Under the pieces are notes generated by a model that was given only the letters and a program-made list of their open reading frames with translations, had not been told where the DNA came from and made no database searches. A stretch of DNA of 64,000 nt from Phoronis australis. Lineage: Eukaryota; Animalia; Phoronida. Of the stretch, positions 12,666 through 25,659 are shown one piece after another. The DNA is taken from NCBI GenBank assembly GCA_002633005.1, contig NMRA01000230.1, forward strand, positions 187,453-251,452, given 5' to 3'. The translations under genes were made by a program, and so were the position numbers. Within the stretch, counting starts at the first letter, position 1; each line of letters opens with the position of its first letter.

Positions 12666-15600
12666 ATGGAGGAAACAGGCTTACAGGTACAGTACTTCTG
12701 TAACGTGCACGGTTCATTGATGTTGGCGCTTGCTAGTTGAACTGACTTAAATGCCTCAGTAGTCACTGACAAAATCCCCTAATCTAGTACTCTAGTAGTA
12801 GATGTGAAGCTGGATCTGTGCCTGGTACCATATGTCCTGAGTGGGGAATATTTTGGCCGAGGAGGAAATCAGCCCTCTCCCCCTTAGACAATGCAGTCAA
12901 TAGACAGGCAACTGACGGCTGACGCATTGTCTAACCTCCCCCTCTGTCTCTGTCACCACCAATCCACCCCCCCCCCGCTCACATCACCCTTCATTCAGTG
13001 GCATGCCTCAAGTTGCAGTACTCAGTACTGATTTTATATCCTTGATTAAGGGTACTTTTGCGAATTGGGTGGAGATATTTTTCTGTGATTTAAAAAAAGA
13101 ATTATTGGTAAATACGACTAGGGCTGAATTGACATCATGGAACCTGTGTTGTAATTAATTGGGGCACAACCGAAATTGAATGTCTGGTATGGTTGTTTTT
13201 CTAGCAACATCATGCCAAACCATACGTCATATTTGAATTATTTTGTACACGGTTTTTGGCCAATCGCATATGATGGAAATGCTGCATCGGAGCATCATGT
13301 GTTGCTTCTAATTTATTCATCTCAGCGGAAACAAATTCCCGGCACAGATAAGCTAAACACAGCTTAACAATAATTTATGGCTCTCTGATGCTCTGCGTAC
13401 TGCATGGATAATTAGTCCCATGTATCTTGCCCTGCAAATAACCACGCCGTGTGCAGAATTTGGCGTCGTTGTAGTTTGAATTCAAGTTCATTAACAGCTG
13501 AATTGAACAGAATGTACTTCCATTTCAGGTGTTTTCTCGCTTGACCCCACGACCTGACCTTCGCCTTGACCCTGACCTGTTTGATGACCCCCCAGTGAGG
13601 GGCAAAGTGTACGAGTTCTACGGAGAGACTGGCAAGACAGAACTGATGCTCCATTCTGTCATACAGTGTATACTTCCTGAAAGTTGGAACGTAAGTGAGT
13701 GTTTCATTTGAAAATTTGTTGTTGATATGGGTACTATAGGAATATCTCAATAATTTGGTCTACAACATGGCAGACAAGTGAAATTTTGTTTCTTATTTTA
13801 TCCTTAAAGAGGCCTGGAACGCGATGAACAGACTAAATTGCCTTATTGAAAGTGGTTCTCTGCCACTGAAACAGAATTCAACCTGCTCACCAGGTATTTC
13901 AAAAATCATGAATTTTGTGACTTTTTTCTGGAAAATTCATCACAGGGGAAAGTGAACTATGTACACGCTACTGGACATTGCGAGATGGTACTTTCGTGGG
14001 GAATTGTTTAAAATAAATTTTTGACTAGCTTTAGCGCTCCATGCCTCCTTAAAAGCTAAATTTCATCAAAAAACTCTTCATCTCTTTAACACAGCAACCA
14101 TTCAGTAAGTGTTATCAGAAGTTCTGGACATTCACTACAGTTTTAGAAATTTTTGGGAAAATGTGGCACAGAAAATTTTGGTTATCATTTTTGTTCAAAA
14201 TTGGTAAGATTTATCATTTCCAATTTTTATATTTTGAAAGTTTGGCTAACTCATCAAAACTCATTTGACTTTGTCAAATTTGTAGTGAACTTGCCCTGAA
14301 ATTTTGTTGACAAGAAGAGATTTGCTTTATTATTCTGTTTAAATTACCCCAGGTTTTGTGTAGTTATGCTGTTATAAGTCAGCATTTTACTGTAGTATAA
14401 ATGAGTATGATTATACATTGGTAACATCACGCCACCTATTGTTAAGTCTAAAAATATCTCTGTCACGGTGTGTTGGCAGAAAATTATAGATTCGTCTTGG
14501 TTGGAACAGGATTTTTTCAGACTTAACTATAGGTGGCGTGATGTGTCCAACAAATGGCATGTATGAAGACTAATTATTCTAAGCTTATACTATAAGTATT
14601 AGTCGATTATTTCCTAATGCTAAGTATTGATTTGAGGCAACTTTTTGACACTGTGCTTGGCAGTTCTTTTCTCTACATGTCTGGAAAAATGACTGTGTTA
14701 AACCCTCTACTCAAATTGTCCAATGAATTTAGTTTTTCCCATAGTTGCATTAAACAATACAGAAACACCTTTCTCCAGACTTTAGTAAAGATTCTCTATC
14801 CAGCTTGGTGAATCTCAAAAGTTGGTCTGGCACCTCTCTGCTTGCTGGTGGTCATTTTTGATAAATGGTTAATATAGTTACATATACATGTATCTATTTG
14901 TCTTATCAGTTTTTCACATGCACTGTAGTACAGTGGGCTGTGCATAGAGTATTGGGTCTATTTATAGTCATGGTCATTTTTATCATATTTTGATGGTATT
15001 TTTAATAATTGCTTGGATTGTTGCTGTTATTATTATTATTTTTATCATTATTATTATGATTGGTATATTGAAGAACTTATTATGTAGTTAACACATTGTT
15101 CACTACCACACATTGTTTTGTTTCAGGGTCTACCACTAGGTGGTGCTGGTGCTTCTGTCCTCTATTTTGACCTTGATTGTCATCTATCACTCCTGCGAAT
15201 CGCGGCAATCCTCGAGTCACGCTTCCACCAAACTTTATCTACCTCTGGTCATCAGGGTGTCTCCCAAGCAGACCGTTTCGTCAGAGACTGTTTACAGCGC
15301 CTCCATGTGGTTCACTGTTGTACTATCACTCAACTTCTGGTAACCTTACACGGATTGGACAGCTTCATGGCTCGTGAGTTGAACACATGTCTCCTTGTTG
15401 TCGATAGCATTGCAGCATTCTATTGGACAGATCGACAGGAAGGTCACAATGAGGGTGTTGCCAAGGTGACCATGACTCATCGAGTGATTGAATGCTTGCA
15501 GAAAATTTTGACGGACTATAATCTAATTGGCTTCGTTGCAAAACCAGTGTTGTTTCAAAGGAAGAAAACTGGAGAGACTGATGTGAACAGATCTGTGGGT

Positions 15601-15789
15601 GCAGAAAACAGCAACAGTGGTCTAGAACATTATGAATACCTGCCGAAGGTATGGCAGGCTTTAGTATACAGGCGGTTTATAATAGACCGATGTGGTGCTC
15701 AATACAGAGTGTCTTGGACTGGAAAAGGAATGGCTTGTATGGAGAAAAGCTTTGATATATGTAATGCAGGTGTGACTCTCATGAGTTGA
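12666..15789 (+). CDS. XRCC2: DNA repair protein XRCC2 (RAD51 paralog), 281 aa. Exons 12666-12686, 13529-13690, 15127-15789
   Basis: MEETGLQ|VFSRL...EFYGETGKTELMLHSVIQCILPESWN|GLPLGGAGASVLYFDLDCHLSLLR...LLVVDSIAAFYWTDR...YLPKVWQ matches XRCC2 motifs (GKTEML, CILP, DSLSAFYWIDR, YLCKAWQ). The 3-exon layout with a large last exon also fits. GC/CpG-rich region upstream at about 12500-12660. Confidence 0.93.
14393..14592. mobile_element. Small foldback (palindromic) MITE in XRCC2 intron 2
   Basis: acatcacgccacctattgttaagtct is the inverse of agacttaactataggtggcgtgatgt. Outer ends tagtataa/ttatacta. Confidence 0.65.
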
Positions 15790-16887
15790 GATCTTTTGAA
15801 ATGACAGTGTTTCAGTGGACCGTGTGGGATGAGTGCTCAGAGCATAGCAGGTTTTGACGAGGAATGGGGTTGAGGCTTGTCGCTTGAAAATGGTCCTGTT
15901 GGCTCAAAAATGGTTATGAGAAAGTAGACAATTAAAGCAGTTTCATGAGAACGTTACTACACAGATGGCACTATGATGTTTACTTGTTTCAGTTCTTAGC
16001 CTGTTTGCTTATTGAGTGCCTCAAATCACCCATTAATCCCTTTTGACCTCACGAGACATAAGCCAGGAAAAATATTTCTCCAAGCAAAAATTGTGGTGGC
16101 ACAGAATTTTCCAAACTTGAAGTTCCGGGTACACCTCCTGGGCTCCTGTTGGAAGTGAGAGATAACCTGTGATTTGATAGGCCGGTCCTTAAATAACAGG
16201 TCATCGTGGTTGCAAGGTGTTTACCCACAATGCAGCACCTATCAAGCACTTGCTCTGCTTCTTCACATGCAATTGCCTTAGTCACTGTCTCATATTTTAA
16301 TTATAATTTAATTTTAATTTTATTATCATTGTAATGCAGCGAAGAAACTTGTACTTTTTGTATTTTGAGTTGCAGTGTCGTCTCTAAGAAATTAGCAAAA
16401 GATCTGGATGTGTTTTATATGCTAATCTTCTCAGGAGTGTTTGACATTTTGGAAAATATGTCAATCATACCAAAGATACTGTGTAGCTATATGTTTGACC
16501 ATGCAATGTGTATTTCTACCTCCAAATAGTAGAGCACAATCCTGTTGAAGCTGTCAAATTTCATGAGGGTGAATAGTGACGTCGCGGCTTGTGTGTACAA
16601 TCAGATTTCGACCATTGAAAATATAGGGAGTTGGTGGTCTATCATTAGGGTATATTTCTGAGATAGTTTTGATTTAAATGATCGTTGTAGCAATGGAAAT
16701 ATTAGTTATCCTGATATAGAGAATTTCAGATTGACTGGTTAATGAGCTACAACTTGAATTTTATTCTGAATAAATTTTGCATAGTTTTCTATGAGTTACA
16801 TGTATTGATTAATTTCACTAATAATTCAACAGCAAAATCATGCAAAAGAGTGTCTATGAAAGCTCCCTACAAACAAGTGCCTTTTTT

Positions 16888-17108
16888 TAGGGCTTGGAAT
16901 TTTCCTCTTTTAAGGGGATTTCCTCTTTTTTGGTTTTGATTTCTGCGTATTTGATTTCCAGTTTCTTCTTTTTCTTCTCTTTTTTATCATTATTTTGTCT
17001 TTATTCGTGCAAAAACGTTTATTTCATCTAAATTTTACGACACAAAAATTGATGTCATCACATAAGCCTAAATGTGCCTCTTTTTGTAATTGGTCATTCC
17101 AAGCCCTG
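16888..17108. mobile_element. MITE family B copy (TIR CAGGGCTTGGAAT)
   Basis: agggcttggaat...attccaagccctg. Related copies at 39525-39778 and 49511-50020. Confidence 0.75.
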
Positions 17109-19806
17109 TTTTTTTGTTTTTTTTTTTGGAGTCCAATTTCTAAATGAGTGACGCGTATCTTAATTCCCTCCACATCCAAGATAAACGCACTGTCTCATTG
17201 AGTTACAGAGAAAAATGCCTTTAAAAGTGTAAGTACGACTCTAGTCGAGATCTGCAAAGTAATACTATTGGTAAATTCATGAATCTGTTTCGCTAGTGCT
17301 GCCTTTGGCCGTGAGGGCTATTCCCTTCATTGTGAAAGTGTCTACACAGGCGAACGAGGCTAGGGCTAGGGAGGCTGCATGTATAATTTCACAAAAAGTA
17401 TTCTAGCGTCGGAGAACGCGAGAGGTACATGTAGGTTAAATGTAAAAAAAATCGGGCAAAAAAATTACTTTGTTATGCACTGAGCAGACCAAACTGAACT
17501 TAGTGTCGTTAAGGCTGGTGCCATAAATTCAAAGATTTCGCTTGGCATGATCCGCAAGCTCACAATACGTAATACATGTTTTAGGCCCTCGACCGGAAAC
17601 CATGTCGGAAAAGTCTTTCTCCGAGAACAGGAAACTGCAAGGGTTCAGCTGCCAAGATATCAAACAACTAGAGTATTTTATGAAAAAAGTTCCCTAAAAG
17701 TAGCACGATAGCGAAACCGAAGCATGTTCACAAAATGTTGGCCTATATACGGGATTGGAACCAATAGAATCTTGCCTTGAAATATGCTTTAAAGTAGATC
17801 AAGGGCGAGTCCCACTGTGCTACAAACATATAGACAGGTGTGTTGATGAACTCGTTAGTTTTGTAAGCTTTGCCAAGTTCAAATAACAACGCGTTATAAT
17901 GGCCACAAATGAAAACACTGAAAAAACGGCAGCTCTTTGTTTCACGATTCATTCTTGCTATGAGCTATATTGCTTCAGTGGTAGCGAAGTACCCGATATT
18001 GTCCCAGGTGTATACAGTACGCACCTGCGATGACCTTTTCCTGCACTTCGGAGCGCCTTGTTCTCAATTATGAAGAGAGTCAAATCTCAACAATGAGTTG
18101 TATAGTGTTCGTCGGTTTGTTCAGGCAACAGTGGATCCTTCACTTGACACAGAATGAATAATTAATTTGGTGGGGAATCGTGGTATGAAATGTCAAATGC
18201 CGTGATGTGGTATCTCAGTCCAAATTTCATTGGTAAGTGTGAACTTGGATGTTCATTAACTACCGAAGCCAGTATGAACGGTCCAGTTAACTTGGTACTA
18301 TACGTCGACGCTGCGCTCTGACAGGAGTTAAGTCAATGTGAAAGGGCCTTAAGTCAAGCTCGTTGAAACCAATTCCCTATATTCAAACTGTCTCCGAACT
18401 TTGTTTGCAAATGTAAATTTCTTAATTCGAGTTCATGCCAAGCTAGGGCCCGGTGTTGTTCTCCCATTTCAAGCACGCACCCAGCCTAAAGTATAGGGGT
18501 GCTCGAATTTCTCGGAGCGCGGACGTTTTACTGAGAAAAGGACTTTCTGGACTTCTGTCTCGCGCTTGCGGACCGTCGCTGAAAAGCATCGGATGTACCT
18601 GCACAGTAAACTAGTTGTGTTAAACGTGCGCATTTGATAGATGATTTATCAAGTCCATGAGTTATGTTCAGTCAAAATTAGCACCATTAAATTAAATAAC
18701 TGCCGATGTGTCCTTTTTCTAGTTGGAAAATAAACGTATTCCTTTTTCTTGTTCGTGATTTATTAGTCATGGTCAATGTTGTCCAAACCCAATCGTCCAG
18801 ACAATTACACGCACGACATAACACAAATAATTACACTGTTACAACCACAGCCCCAGAAATCGCTTTCACATTATATTCATGTTTTCATTCATTCCCATTT
18901 ACTCCGTCACTCCTCTGTGAGGGTTTGATTTTTAAGTAGATACCGCCGCGTGGAATTCTATGAGAATCGGGTGCGCCCTATCAGCCGTAGCGTTCGAATA
19001 ATTAGCCTAAAAATTTTCAAAAAGCTGTCATCTCTTTGCCAAGCTGTAAATTTGTTAGAATGTATTAGATACTTGGTTGTAATTCGGTGCTGCAAGTTCC
19101 TTGCGCGAAAAGCAAGATCACACAAGATTTCCCCGTGCATTTCAAGAGAAGCCGTACACCTCATGGGCGGCTCACTATAGGGGACTGGGGGGGGGGCTAT
19201 AGTCTCCCACTTTTTTCAGTGCTGCGCCGCCCATGTTACGGGGGTCACGATTATTCTACCTCTACTCGCTTGTGTGGTCACCGGAACGCGATTCTTCTCG
19301 TCACCTAGCTGATCGATCAGCGCCATCTGGGTCTTGGGTCTTGGAGACGAGGCAGGCATTGCAGACCTGATAAGAATTCAGGAGTAAAAACAAAATAGTT
19401 GTGTGATCAAAGTGGACGTGCCTCGACAGGTAATGAGCCCAGTGGAAAATATACTGATTTATCTACTTACTAATCTTACAGGAGTTCCGACAGGACAAGA
19501 AAATGTTTGTCAATTAACGAGAGAGTTACGTGCTTTCCTGTGGGCGTATTGATTTATTAGTCACGTTATCTCAATAATTTCCCATTTGAAAACTTCCTCG
19601 ATTATTTGGCCAGGTGTCAAAGTCGTAAACGAAGAATAAGTAAGCAATAAAAGTTATTCGTGGGCTTTTCAAGTTTTGTTTTCGGTGATTTATTTGAAAA
19701 TGATCTGTCACGACCTACGGGAAGAACATGAGAATCTATCACGTTGCCGGTATTTCGACAAGTTTGTATCTCGAAAAGAACGCCCTGCGTCGTAAACATA
19801 TTACAA

Positions 19807-19876
19807 TTATTATTATTATTATTAGTGGTATTAGTAGTAGTAGCAGCAGCAGCACCAGCAGCAACAGCAGCAACAG

Positions 19877-19925
<49 letters not shown>

Positions 19926-20045
19926 GTTATAATTATTATTATTATTATTATTATTATCATTATTATATTATCATTGCAGTTATTATTGTTTTTATTATAA
20001 TCGCTACTATTATCAATTATTGTTATTGTTAGTGTTGCTGTTATT
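19807..20045. repeat. (ATT)n microsatellite with embedded (AGT/AGC/AAC)n tract
   Basis: Read directly. It explains the poly-I/L/S ORFs in the track. Confidence 0.95.
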
Positions 20046-20959
20046 ATGTACAGCTGTCGAGCAAGTAGGCTTTTTACTCTCTTCAAAAATTAACAAAAAA
20101 TAAACTAAGTGGATGGTTTCAAATGCTTGATGTGACGTAACTGGCAATGTTCTTTGACAGTGATATCCACAATCAAAAAGCGTCTGTGGCAACATCCGCG
20201 TCAACTCTAACAAAATTCGAGCCTTGATAGATAAAATTGTCCTCGTCACTTCTTCATAGTTCATGTTGCAGTGACTATATCAAGAACGCATAGGGACAGT
20301 TGGCTGTTGAGCGCCTCTAACAGTGACTAAAGCTGTTTCTCACGTTAGCCCTTGTTTCATAGAAATTGAACAAATGAACATTATCGATTAGTGGATTTTC
20401 TTCAAAATACATCAAGTTGTATGGGACCCTAGGAAAATTCATCTTTACTTAAGGAGACTTTGTTTACAAACTCACAGGCCTCATTCTACAATAGTTGCGG
20501 TCGGTATTCACTAACGTCACTTTCGATAATTGGAAATGGGATTTAGTCTTTTAACTGGAAAGTTAAAATGCAGATTCTAAAAATGTAAAAAATCGTGTGA
20601 GTTTGACACACTCTTCAATGAGTTATCATTGTAAAGTCCTCTTAACTAATGAAACTTGTCTTGATATTACAGTGGGCTTTGATTAAATGATTGTAGAAAA
20701 GCATTAAGAAAAAAGAAATATACAGGTGTAGAGCAGAGAAAATTTTGTTGGACAGACTCTCCCTAACCGTGAACCATTGAGGAAACGAAACAGATTATTA
20801 TCACGGTGAAGCATAACTCGTTGTCATGTTCATTTGAACTTGAGCCTGCCAAATGCGCGGTAAACCTGCCATTCTGACTCATAAAATCAAGAGGTTATAC
20901 ACCCATTTTGATAGTTCAGAGTGATAGTGGTGATTCAAAAATCATAACGGTGATTTTTA

Positions 20960-21121
20960 CATAGGCGGATTTAGAGGGGACCGTTTTTTTCTAGTAAAAG
21001 GTCCCCAGGAATTCGAGCCACTTATATTTTAGACTGGGTGCGCGCATGCAACCGTGCTTTACGCAGTTGCCCGAGACAAAATGTTGGGCCCCTCCCTTAT
21101 GATATCCTAGATCCGCCACTG
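20960..21121. mobile_element. MITE family A copy
   Basis: cataggcggattt...gatccgccactg terminal inverted repeats. Confidence 0.6.
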
Positions 21122-21248
21122 TTTAAAAATCACTTCGGTGATTCCGGAACCAACACGTTGATTGTCATAAATTTTCAGCAGTCGTAGTTGTTGCAAATAC
21201 GGAATGATTTTCCACACTGAAGCCGCCCCTGGATCTCGAGCACCACAA

Positions 21249-21475
21249 CACGTGGAGATGACGTCAACGTTACGCTAGAGGAGAAAATTGAAAGACATGG
21301 AGGGAACTGTGGGTGGGCCCATTTTGTCAACATATGCCACGTGACACGTCAAAGGGTTGTCCACTACAAAACTCGAATTTGATTCGTTGGCCTGACCACC
21401 GTCTCCAACCAAGCGTTGCCAGTGAACGTTACAAAAAAGCCAACTCAGTCGATGTTGGAATCACTGAATCCCGAG
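21249..21475 (+). promoter_or_regulatory. Putative promoter and non-coding first exon of the peptide-precursor gene
   Basis: E-box CACGTG at 21249 and 21338, perfect CRE TGACGTCA at 21259-21266, strong donor GAG|GTGAGT after 21475. The first coding exon begins at an acceptor (ttttctttacag|23436) 10 nt before the ATG, so an upstream exon is needed. Confidence 0.5.
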
Positions 21476-22169
21476 GTGAGTTGTGTAGTATTCAAAAATC
21501 TTGATAAAGCTTTTTCTAATATGGTCAATGGTTTAGTTCATATTTTAGCGTTCAGTAACATTTGTGATACGCATTCTGGGTAAAATTTAATTGTTACATT
21601 ATGTCCAATGCTTTGTTCTGGACATGCGCACAAAACAGAGGTGTTCCGATGAACTTGGAAACTAACGTTATAGGAATCTAGGAAGGATGAACAAAGCAAC
21701 AACGGTCTTTGTTAAGAAAGAAATTTTGTGGGCCTGATTTGGATGTTCAAAACTGACGCAAAAACTCGATTAAGATAAGTTTCAAAGTCAGAGTTTTGTG
21801 AAATGCGGTGGTGTAATTTCATTTTAATAGTTTTGCAAACAATGGTACATCCAACCGGGCATCAATCTTTGGCCCAGCGTACGTCAAGCGTTCCTTTATC
21901 AGCGAGTTTTCAATTTTTTACTGTTAGGACCTTCTGAACAAGCCAGCGTATTTAGCAAAAAATCTACAAAACTCTTGAGTTTTACTCAGTAAAGGAAAGT
22001 ATTTCCAGAAAGAAATTAAAAAGGATGGGGAATTCATTTTTTTCTTAGTACCCAGTAAATTGGATCACGTGACCATGTGTTTGGATAAAATTAAGCAAAA
22101 TTGGAAAATTTTAAAAACACTTCTCAATAATGTTTTGGAAACCAGTGCAAAAAGTATTGTGCGGTCATG

Positions 22170-22480
22170 CTTCCGATCAGCCATTTCCGAGATTTCATAT
22201 TCCGAACTGGCCAAATTTGGACACAACCGCAATTCGAGCAGTTTGATCAGACATTCTTTTTCATTGATCATAGTGTTGGTTCATAATCCTCTCATAAACT
22301 GGGAGAATATTTGTAGCAGTGAAAGTGATTTTATGGGGTTAGGAATAGTGTTAATGTTGTGAACATGTACAGAGACAATGACGGTTATCCAGGATTTGGA
22401 ATAGCTTGGGCATCTCCTCTTATGGTCATTAGTTTCTGAAGATGGCTGTTATGAAGAGCCGAAACTGTCAAGATTTGACG
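22170..22480 (+). mobile_element. Decayed Penelope-like retroelement 3' end with hammerhead-ribozyme-like motif
   Basis: Broken-frame peptides SAISE...H..INWENI and MYRDNDGYPGFGIAW resemble the Penelope GIY-YIG C-terminus (SAIxEH, IDWEN, MNRDxG...W). They are followed by CTGAAGA-T-GGCT-N9-AGCC-GAAAC-TGTC at 22436-22469. Confidence 0.45.
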
Positions 22481-23169
22481 TTGTGTCTCAGTAATCTGTC
22501 GGGTAGTATGAGAGCAAATACGTTCTCAAGTGGTTATAAACCTGGCCGTCTTCGACCACAAAAAACAGGTTTTGATTTAGGCCTCTTGCCTTAGCTCATG
22601 GAATAGTCCAACTGTGAGATGACCAAAAGAACTGACAGTTCGTTATTGCTCGAGATCGGACACTGCATGTTGACTTGTCACGACACGTCATTTTCTCATG
22701 GTCTCAACGAATGACGGGCAATCAGTGCCCTGCAAACAGAAATTATTTCTCATCTGGGTAGGCCTAAGGTAGTCACCTGGTCTTTGCTAGACCGTCTCGT
22801 CTAAGAGTGGGCTCACCTAGAACAGCCTAACAACGATATCGTCGAAATCGACGACATTTCTTGAGTCCGCTCAAAAATATTTCGGCAAAGGAACAACTTA
22901 CGCCTTCGTCTTTACAGTGCAAACTGTATTTTTCAAAAATTTCGAAGTCTGGTTAGCATGCCAACTGTGACCATATTTATAGGTTGAGGAATTACCATGT
23001 TCTGTTTGCCTTGTTCACTTGTTCGTCTTTCAGTTCTGATAATTTGTTAGATTGAGTTGATTAGGGAGAAAGGGAAGAAAAAGTTATCAAAAGCGAGAAC
23101 GATCGCTTGGCAATGCTTTTGATCAGTGCGCGATATTACTAGTTAATGCTATGATTTTCCGTCTGAAAA

Positions 23170-23325
23170 CAGTGGTGGATTTATAGGGAGGGGGGGGCAA
23201 GAAGGCCAAATTCTCCAAGATTCCATTTGGCAGTTCGGGGGTGCGAATTTCTGACGGGCCGGGCAAATTCCTGGCTAATTCTCTAACCTGACACCCCCTA
23301 ACTCAAAATCCTGCTTCCGCCCCGG
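23170..23325. mobile_element. MITE family A copy, 5-bp TSD GAAAA
   Basis: cagtggtggattt...cttccgccccgg flanked by gaaaa at 23165-23169 and 23326-23330. Internal similarity to 806-959. Confidence 0.75.
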
Positions 23326-23445
23326 GAAAATACCGCATCTAGTTTTATGTGAATAGTAGATTACATCGAAATTCCTCCTCCTGGAAAAAAACGCGGGTTC
23401 ATAACCGCTTTAAACCGCATTCCTTTTCTTTACAGGTGAATCACA

Positions 23446-25622
23446 ATGGGGAAGGCTGTCGCCATATTTCTCGTGCTCGCCATTTTCTGCAGCATCGTTG
23501 TTGAAAGCGAGGCTGGCTGGTTTCGCCGAGTCTGGCGCCGTGTGAGACGAGCTATAAGCAACGGATGGAGCTGGCTACGTCGTAATTGGTGGAAAATCAA
23601 ACAAGCTATGTAAGTTTTATCTTCGTGCCTTCGCACAGTCGGTGACATTATCACCACTCTACCGTGCACTTCGTCACGTCACAGAGCTGATGCACACACA
23701 AAACCCTTATATAAAAATGTAGAACTTGTTTTGTTGGTAGACTAAATAGAACACTTTGTCTCGTTCAATCTGAATTTTAACAATACCAACGGGTCTGCAC
23801 CGCTTCAGATCCACCAGAACTTCCTATCTTCGTAGCATTTATTCTATGATGGTTATTCAGAAAACAGGCAACGCTGTCTCACAACTGTTGGCCATTTGAG
23901 TCAATATACATAGCGGGACACACCTAATAAGACAATAACAAAAAAAACGTACACAATTTCCAATTCCGAAATTAATTAACAGCAATGGATAGCCATTACC
24001 GTTCTAGTAGAACAGCTTGAAGCCCATGCATTTAAAGGATTTTCTGACTATTTTTAAAAGTTAATGATATCGAGTTACAACATAGTATACACTGGCAACC
24101 CAAGAAATGTTTTAGTTGCGCCTAATATGGTTTACTAACCGTATAGGTATTTCATTACACGTGCTTATTGTCTCGCCATCTCACGTTTTTCTAACCCTCA
24201 CACGTGACACTTGACGGTTCTTTTTCTATGTTAATGGAATAGGTTTATGCAATTAGACTTTACATTGAATGGTACTTTGTCATTTATATGTATTTTTAAT
24301 TTATTATTCATCTTAGGGCTCTTACCCTATTTATTGAGCCTTTGCAGTACTTAACTAATTATGAATATTTCAGTCGGATGCTGTGATCAACGCAACGTAA
24401 TTTAACCAAGTAAGTCCGACTGAAATATTTATAATTAGTCATGTACATGTTTGCTGTATTACATTCAAAGTTTTCATACAAGCTTGCGTGATCTTTAGTC
24501 GCGTTTACCTGAGTGCTTTGGTTCGATAGATTTCAAATTTATCGTTGTCTTAAATGTACTTGGTCATAAACGCCTTGAACGGTTTGCCTTCCAGCCCTAG
24601 AGCTTGCCGCTTCGTATGCCGCTACAGAACGTATTATTCGAAACCGTGTAAAATCTGCAGAAATTTCTTCAGAAGATATGGCAAGAGAGAGGTAAGTGTC
24701 ACGCGCGTCAAGTCAGTCTTTAGTCTTTGTGTTCATTGCCCTCAAAACTGTACTTTTGGTGTCTACGTCTTCCGTTAGCCTTTAGCGAAAATTTCTGGAT
24801 GTCGCCTCTAAGCAGTTACACCTACTCCGCTCTACATCTCTTGCATCGTTACCGTTTGCAATAGTCACGGTGAGCGCATATCGGTGCTTTGCATTGCACC
24901 TTTTGTACTTTCAGCTGACGGAAACTAATTACCAGGAGATTATAAAGTATGTCCCAGAAGAAGAAAAGGAAATGGCACTGAGAAGTTTGAAGGAGCCTGG
25001 ATCATATGGTGGGTGATAATTATTCCCCATGAGTTGTGCTATTAAAGTAACCGAAGATTTTTAGCAGACGTTACTGAGCGATAATAAAGTACCCTTTGAA
25101 TTCCCATGCAGCACCATCTTTGTGAAAGCTATTGTGTTGCTCAATGTTTTGGGGTGGAACCTTTTGTGATGGTTCTTTAGTATGTCTAGTTACCATTTCT
25201 ATACTTGATGAGAACAACATGGATCGAATGCTTCAATGGAAAATCCACGGTCGCTTTCTTGATTTAACCGAGTTTGCATTTTAATAGGGATCGGTACTTA
25301 TATAATATTAACATGAATAATTATGCCATTTTAACGTTTTTTTAAACAGTTAAAACTGTTCATATGGGTGTTTCCCTAAGGTGAAACAAAGACTTCTTAC
25401 GTGTCTGAGACTATGACGTATTCAAAGTCAAGTAATACGAGGCTCATGCACAAAGCATTTGAACACAATTCACGAGAAAATTTCGATAAATGTAAAAGGA
25501 CACGCCAACGAACTTTTTTGCACGAACTGTTGTGACTTTGAAATCCGTGTGTGATGATGATAATATTAATAATGATAATAATAATGATAACAACAACAAC
25601 AACAGCAGCAACAATAATAATG

Positions 25623-25659
<37 letters not shown>

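Noticed and set aside
19728-20086. Poly-Ile/Leu/Ser ORFs that look like membrane proteins
   Set aside because: Translations of an (ATT)n/(AGC)n microsatellite. The same applies at 25397-25690.
23430-23669. Minus-strand 79-aa ORF from the track
   Set aside because: Antisense shadow of the real plus-strand signal-peptide exon.
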